From: an uncultured virus (IMG/VR IMGVR_UViG_2061766007_002390)
Taxonomy: Duplodnaviria > Heunggongvirae > Uroviricota > Caudoviricetes
Length of the DNA: 46,296 nucleotides
Direction: 5' to 3' (one strand)
Virus record (IMG/VR): IMGVR_UViG_2061766007_002390
The translations under genes were made by a program, and so were the position numbers. Shown here piece by piece: positions 42,118 to 46,296 of the stretch (its first letter is position 1; each line of letters begins with the position of its first letter). The notes beneath the pieces are model-generated. The model saw nothing but the letters and a program-made list of their open reading frames with translations. It had not been told where the DNA came from and made no database searches.

Positions 42118-42689
42118 TATACCTTTGCTGGTTCCAGGATCACATTCACCTTGTTTGCTTTCCAATTGGTTGTCACCACTTTTTGGTCAACCTCATTAGA
42201 ACTGAAATCAAATTCAAGACCACTTACACCTGTAAATAGAAGGTCATCAAATGTAATCCTGTATAATGAACGGTTATAACAGTCCAGGATTTCCATACCT
42301 GGTGTTGCCGGAATAAATTTCGGATCTGGTTCTGCTGTATAGTAATACATAAAGAGGTCTGTCAACATTGACCATATTATATATGCTGAATCCAACTGAA
42401 AGGTAATAGTCATAGATTTCTTCCATAAGAAGTCAGGAAAGAAGTCAGACCTCTTTATCCTTCCATATGGGGTTCCTCTATCCACCTGTTCAATTGGTTC
42501 ATATTCAGCAGGGTTCACTTCAAGTTCAACAGACTTGATACTGTAGTTAAGAAAATCAACAACAGTGGTACACATATTTCCCGGTATTCTGTTAAGGATT
42601 GGAGAATACTTATCTTCTATCTCCTTTGGAACAAACACCTTTGGAAAATCAAACTTGAAGTTATTATTTTTTCCGCTTAAAAAAGCCAT
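42117..42689 (-). CDS. Tail-tube-fold completion protein (T4 gp3/gp19-like)
   Basis: NNFKF, MTITFQLD..YIIW, ITFDDLLFTGVSGLEFDF; late promoter at 42714-42721. Confidence 0.62.
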   Translation of the reverse strand: MAFLSGKNNNFKFDFPKVFVPKEIEDKYSPILNRIPGNMCTTVVDFLNYSIKSVELEVNPAEYEPIEQVDRGTPYGRIKRSDFFPDFLWKKSMTITFQLDSAYIIWSMLTDLFMYYYTAEPDPKFIPATPGMEILDCYNRSLYRITFDDLLFTGVSGLEFDFSSNEVDQKVVTTNWKANKVNVILEPAKV

Positions 42690-42775
42690 ACAATATTCAG
42701 ATGATATATATTGTATTTATGAAAAAAGTGGTCATTCCAAAAGGAACAACCACTTATTCTTTTATAAATCAGTAT

Positions 42776-43948
42776 TTAAGAAATCTTCAACCTGACTGTC
42801 TTTTTGACCACATCCACATTTTCAACCGGAAGTTCTACTTCCTGACCTACTGTGAGTTTGTCAATCTCAACAACCTTTGATGAGAGGAAGAATGTGATTC
42901 CATTGAACTCCTCAGAGAGAATAACCACACCATTGTCAAAGATGTTCTTTACAACACCCTTCAACTTATAATCAGGTGTCTTCTCAATGGTCTCCTTCAA
43001 CTTATCCCAACCCTCTGACTTACTTACAGTCTGGGTAATAATAACCTTCTCATCACTGATACTATCAATGTAGAAGTCAATAGAATCACCAACCTTAAGT
43101 TGACCACTCTTAAACTTAGCTTCTGTAACCTCATTCATTTCAGATACAGAAAGTAAAGTGGCAACACACTTGTCAATAAGGATGAATACACCAAAGTGCT
43201 TAATAGATGAAACAACACCGGTAACAACACTACCCTTGTCAAGGTTGATGAGTCTATCAAGAACACCAGGTTTGAGAGTATTGAGGTATTCCTTGTGTGA
43301 TACAATGATACTGTCCTTAATCTGATTGACAGGCATTACAAACAGTTCTTTATTAAGGAGATCATTGAAGTTGTTGAGTGGAACAATATCTGACTCAGTA
43401 CCAGGCATAAAACACCTGACACCCTTGATGTCAACAATGAATCCATTGAATACATTTGCATTATTGTACACAATCTCCTTCACAAGACCCAGATATGCTG
43501 ATGTAGGAGTCTGGATTTCACTTATAAGTTCCTGTTTCAGTCTCTCTACCTGTGCTGCCTTTGAAGAGGCATCAGCATTGAGATGACCTCTGTTCTTTGT
43601 TACAACAACATCAATCTTGTCACCTACATTAACCTTCTCATTGGCATTTATCTCAACAAATACTGAATGCTTCTGCGAAAGAGCAATATCAGCCGTTGAT
43701 TTTTCCTCATCATATCTGGAAATCTCACCCCTTCTGACATCTTTAAACTTTCCAAGTCTCTCATATTCAACAATAGCATCCAGAACATCACCAGAGCATG
43801 ACTGTGAATATTTCTTCATTGCCTCAACTACATAAGGCTTGTTACAAAGGATTCTTTCACCTTTGTGTACAGGAATTTCAACAACTTGGGAATTCAGGGG
43901 ATCTGATTCAGAAAAGATTTCAATTCTTTGAGTTAAAATATCACTCAT
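42776..43948 (-). CDS. Ribosomal protein S1-like protein (about four S1/OB domains)
   Basis: GFIVDIKGVRCFMPGTESD, LDKGSVVTGVVSSIKHFGVFILID..LLSVSEM, KGVVKNIFDNGV, LTVGQEVEL; late promoter at 43997-44004. Confidence 0.82.
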   Translation of the reverse strand: MSDILTQRIEIFSESDPLNSQVVEIPVHKGERILCNKPYVVEAMKKYSQSCSGDVLDAIVEYERLGKFKDVRRGEISRYDEEKSTADIALSQKHSVFVEINANEKVNVGDKIDVVVTKNRGHLNADASSKAAQVERLKQELISEIQTPTSAYLGLVKEIVYNNANVFNGFIVDIKGVRCFMPGTESDIVPLNNFNDLLNKELFVMPVNQIKDSIIVSHKEYLNTLKPGVLDRLINLDKGSVVTGVVSSIKHFGVFILIDKCVATLLSVSEMNEVTEAKFKSGQLKVGDSIDFYIDSISDEKVIITQTVSKSEGWDKLKETIEKTPDYKLKGVVKNIFDNGVVILSEEFNGITFFLSSKVVEIDKLTVGQEVELPVENVDVVKKTVRLKIS

Positions 43949-44063
43949 TATAATCAATATTAAAGTTCCAGAACGGAACGGTTAAACAATACAAAGTATT
44001 TATGAAAAAAATATTAAATAGTTTTCAGGATACCTTATAATATCCTGAAAACCATCAACTTAT

Positions 44064-45015
44064 TTATTCATCAACCTCTGGTGCTACCTCTTCCTGGGTT
44101 GAAGGCTTTGTCTCATCTTCAGGAATATCATTCTCACTGCGGTTAAACTCTTCCTCTATAGTGTTGAGATCAGTACCCAACTGACGGGTTACAGCATTAT
44201 CCTTCTGAATCTGACGGACNNNNNNNNNNTTTTGTCTCATCTTCAGGAATATCATTCTCACTGCGGTTAAACTCCTCCTCTATAGTGTTGAGGTCAGTAC
44301 CCAACTGACGGGTTACAGCATTATCCTTCTGAATCTGACGGACAGCATTTGAAACTGACTGACCACAGTTTGCCCAACACTCAAGGAAAGTACGGGCTTC
44401 ATAGAATCCCTTACCATTAAAGTCCTCCATAATGAATCTCCAAAGACTCAAAACACTTGCAGAACGGAGGATGATGGTATTATCAAACTCTTTGGAATTA
44501 ACCCATGCCTTGTTCTCCTCCATATTGCGGACCAGGACCATAAGGTTGACAGCAGTCTTTGCATTGAATGATACATTATGGTAGAGATATTCAAGGAGCT
44601 GCTTGAACACCTTCTTACCCTTTGCAGGATTAATAGGTTCATCATCCTTCTCTGGTTTTGGTGCAATCTCAATATGATACTCCTTGATTGTATCATTCCT
44701 GTATGCCTCCTCAAACTTCTTTGCCAACTCATCAAGAATGGGCTTGAGTTCAGACTGCTTGTATGAGAGTTCAGCAATCTTCTTTTCTGTCTCTTCTATT
44801 CTTGCATTTGTGGAATCAACATGACCCTTCTGGAGTTCATACTCCTTTGAACCAACACCAAATACTGTCTCTGCATTCTTCAAGTCTTTCTGATGACCAA
44901 TCAACTCTTCCTTGATTGACTCAAGTTCAGTGCGGGTCTTCTGTAACTCTTCCACTCTCTTTACTGCATCAGCAATCTGCTCATCAGTAACAACTACTTT
45001 TACTTCTTCTACCAT
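44064..45015 (-). CDS. Hypothetical coiled-coil protein
   Basis: Long ORF joined across a duplicate gap; early motif at 45050-45061; hairpin at 44021-44052 downstream. Confidence 0.7.
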
Positions 45016-45890
45016 TTTATTATTATTAAATATTAGAAATTCTTTACACTAAAAATAACAAATCATAATGATTTTATTAATGACTCTTTATCAGGGAAAA
45101 TATCTTCCTTCTTACAACTGATGGTCTTTGAACCATTCTTATATTTACTATCCCTTNNNNNNNNNNNNNNNNNNNNNNNNNNNNNNNNNNNNNNNNNNNN
45201 NNNNNNNNNNNNNNNNNNNNNNNNNNNNNNNNNNNNNNNNNNNNNNNNNNNNNNNNNNNNNNNNNNNNNNNNNNNNNNNNNNNNNNNNNNNNNNNNNNNN
45301 NNNNNNNNNNNNNNNNNNNNNNNNNNNNNNNNNNNNNNNNNNNNNNNNNNNNNNNNNNNNNNNNNNNNNNNNNNNNNNNNNNNNNNNNNNNNNNNNNNNN
45401 NNNNNNNNNNNNNNNNNNNNNNNNNNNNNNNNNNNNNNNNNNNNNNNNNNNNNNNNNNNNNNNNNNNNNNNNNNNNNNNNNNNNNNNNNNNNNNNNNNNN
45501 NNNNNNNNNNNNNNNNNNNNNNNNNNNNNNNNNNNNNNNNNNNNNNNNNNNNNNNNNNNNNNNNNNNNNNNNNNNNNNNNNNNNNNNNNNNNNNNNNNNN
45601 NNNNNNNNNNNNNNNNNNNNNNNNNNNNNNNNNNNNNNNNNNNNNNNNNNNNNNNNNNNNNNNNNNNNNNNNNNNNNNNNNNNNNNNNNNNNNNNNNNNN
45701 NNNNNNNNNNNNNNNNNNNNNNNNNNNNNNNNNNNNNNNNNNNNNNNNNNNNNNNNNNNNNNNNNNNNNNNNNNNNNNNNNNNNNNNNNNNNNNNNNNNN
45801 NNNNNNNNNNNNNNNNNNNNNNNNNNNNNNNNNNNNNNNNNNNNNNNNNNNNNNNNNNNNNNNNNNNNNNNNNNNNNNNNNNNNNNNNNN

Positions 45891-45992
45891 GAAAAGTCTT
45901 CTCAACATATATGAATACTTTCTCTTGTCTTCTTTTGATACTGCACCTGAATTTCTATTACAGTAACAATTCAATACCTCAAATAGTTCCAT
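45891..45992 (-). CDS. 5' part of the gp62-like protein
   Basis: MELFEVLNCYCNRNSGAVSKEDKRKYSYMLRRLF runs into the gap. Confidence 0.45.
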
Positions 45993-45994
45993 CT

Positions 45995-46152
45995 TTATCC
46001 CTTAATAAAACTCATATCACCATCATCCTTGATTCCCTTCATCACATTACTCCTCATCTGGATACTGGTCTTATAATCCTTAAACCTTGACTTGGAGAAG
46101 ATCACTTCCTTTGTAATCTTTGAAAGGATTGCCGGATTCTTTGCATTTTCAA
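45995..46152 (-). CDS. 3' end of an upstream gene (fragment)
   Basis: Open frame LKMQKNPAILSK...DDDMSFIKG* ending 2 nt before the next ATG. Confidence 0.55.
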
Positions 46153-46296
46153 TNNNNNNNNNNTACCTCCACCCAGTCCTTTTAATTTACCAGAGTTATC
46201 TCCCTTTACTTCATTAAGACCAAACACATCTTTCAAAGCATTGATTGCAGTTCTGATATTTCCAGCAGCCTTTCTTCCATCAAAATTTGACCAAGG

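Overview
AT-rich segment of a large T4-like (myovirus-type, probably jumbo) phage genome. It is a metagenomic scaffold of several strain variants: many 10-N gaps, near-identical duplicated fragments and some mis-oriented pieces. The genetic code looks standard. The host is probably Bacteroidota, inferred from a TAnnTTT(G/A)-type promoter motif, no obvious Shine-Dalgarno sites and a DUF4494-like gene. Replication/recombination genes: family B DNA polymerase, sliding-clamp-like, clamp-loader-like, gp47/Mre11, RuvC-like and a PD-(D/E)XK nuclease. Other non-virion genes: gp55-like late sigma, MetK, GroES, an Eco57I-type methylase-like protein and a ribosomal S1-like protein. Tail/baseplate genes: gp15-, gp3-, gp25-, gp6- and gp7-like. 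There is also a late RimK + RimB-like operon. Two promoter classes are visible: CATAAATA (late) and TTGTTATWTTT (early/middle). The most striking feature is two late-promoter gene arrays (3948-8206 minus, 11441-17926 plus). Their proteins are variable ~100-150 aa modules, each headed by a conserved ~21-aa motif, (N/D)ES(T/V)WGG(M/I)LDRGxGExx(R/K)KED, present in ~17 copies and also conserved as DNA. The motif starts at a probable prohead-protease site, and co-assembled variants differ by a whole module at the motif. This suggests a recombination-shuffled, capsid-packaged cassette polyprotein system. All family assignments come from motif recognition by eye; no searches were run.
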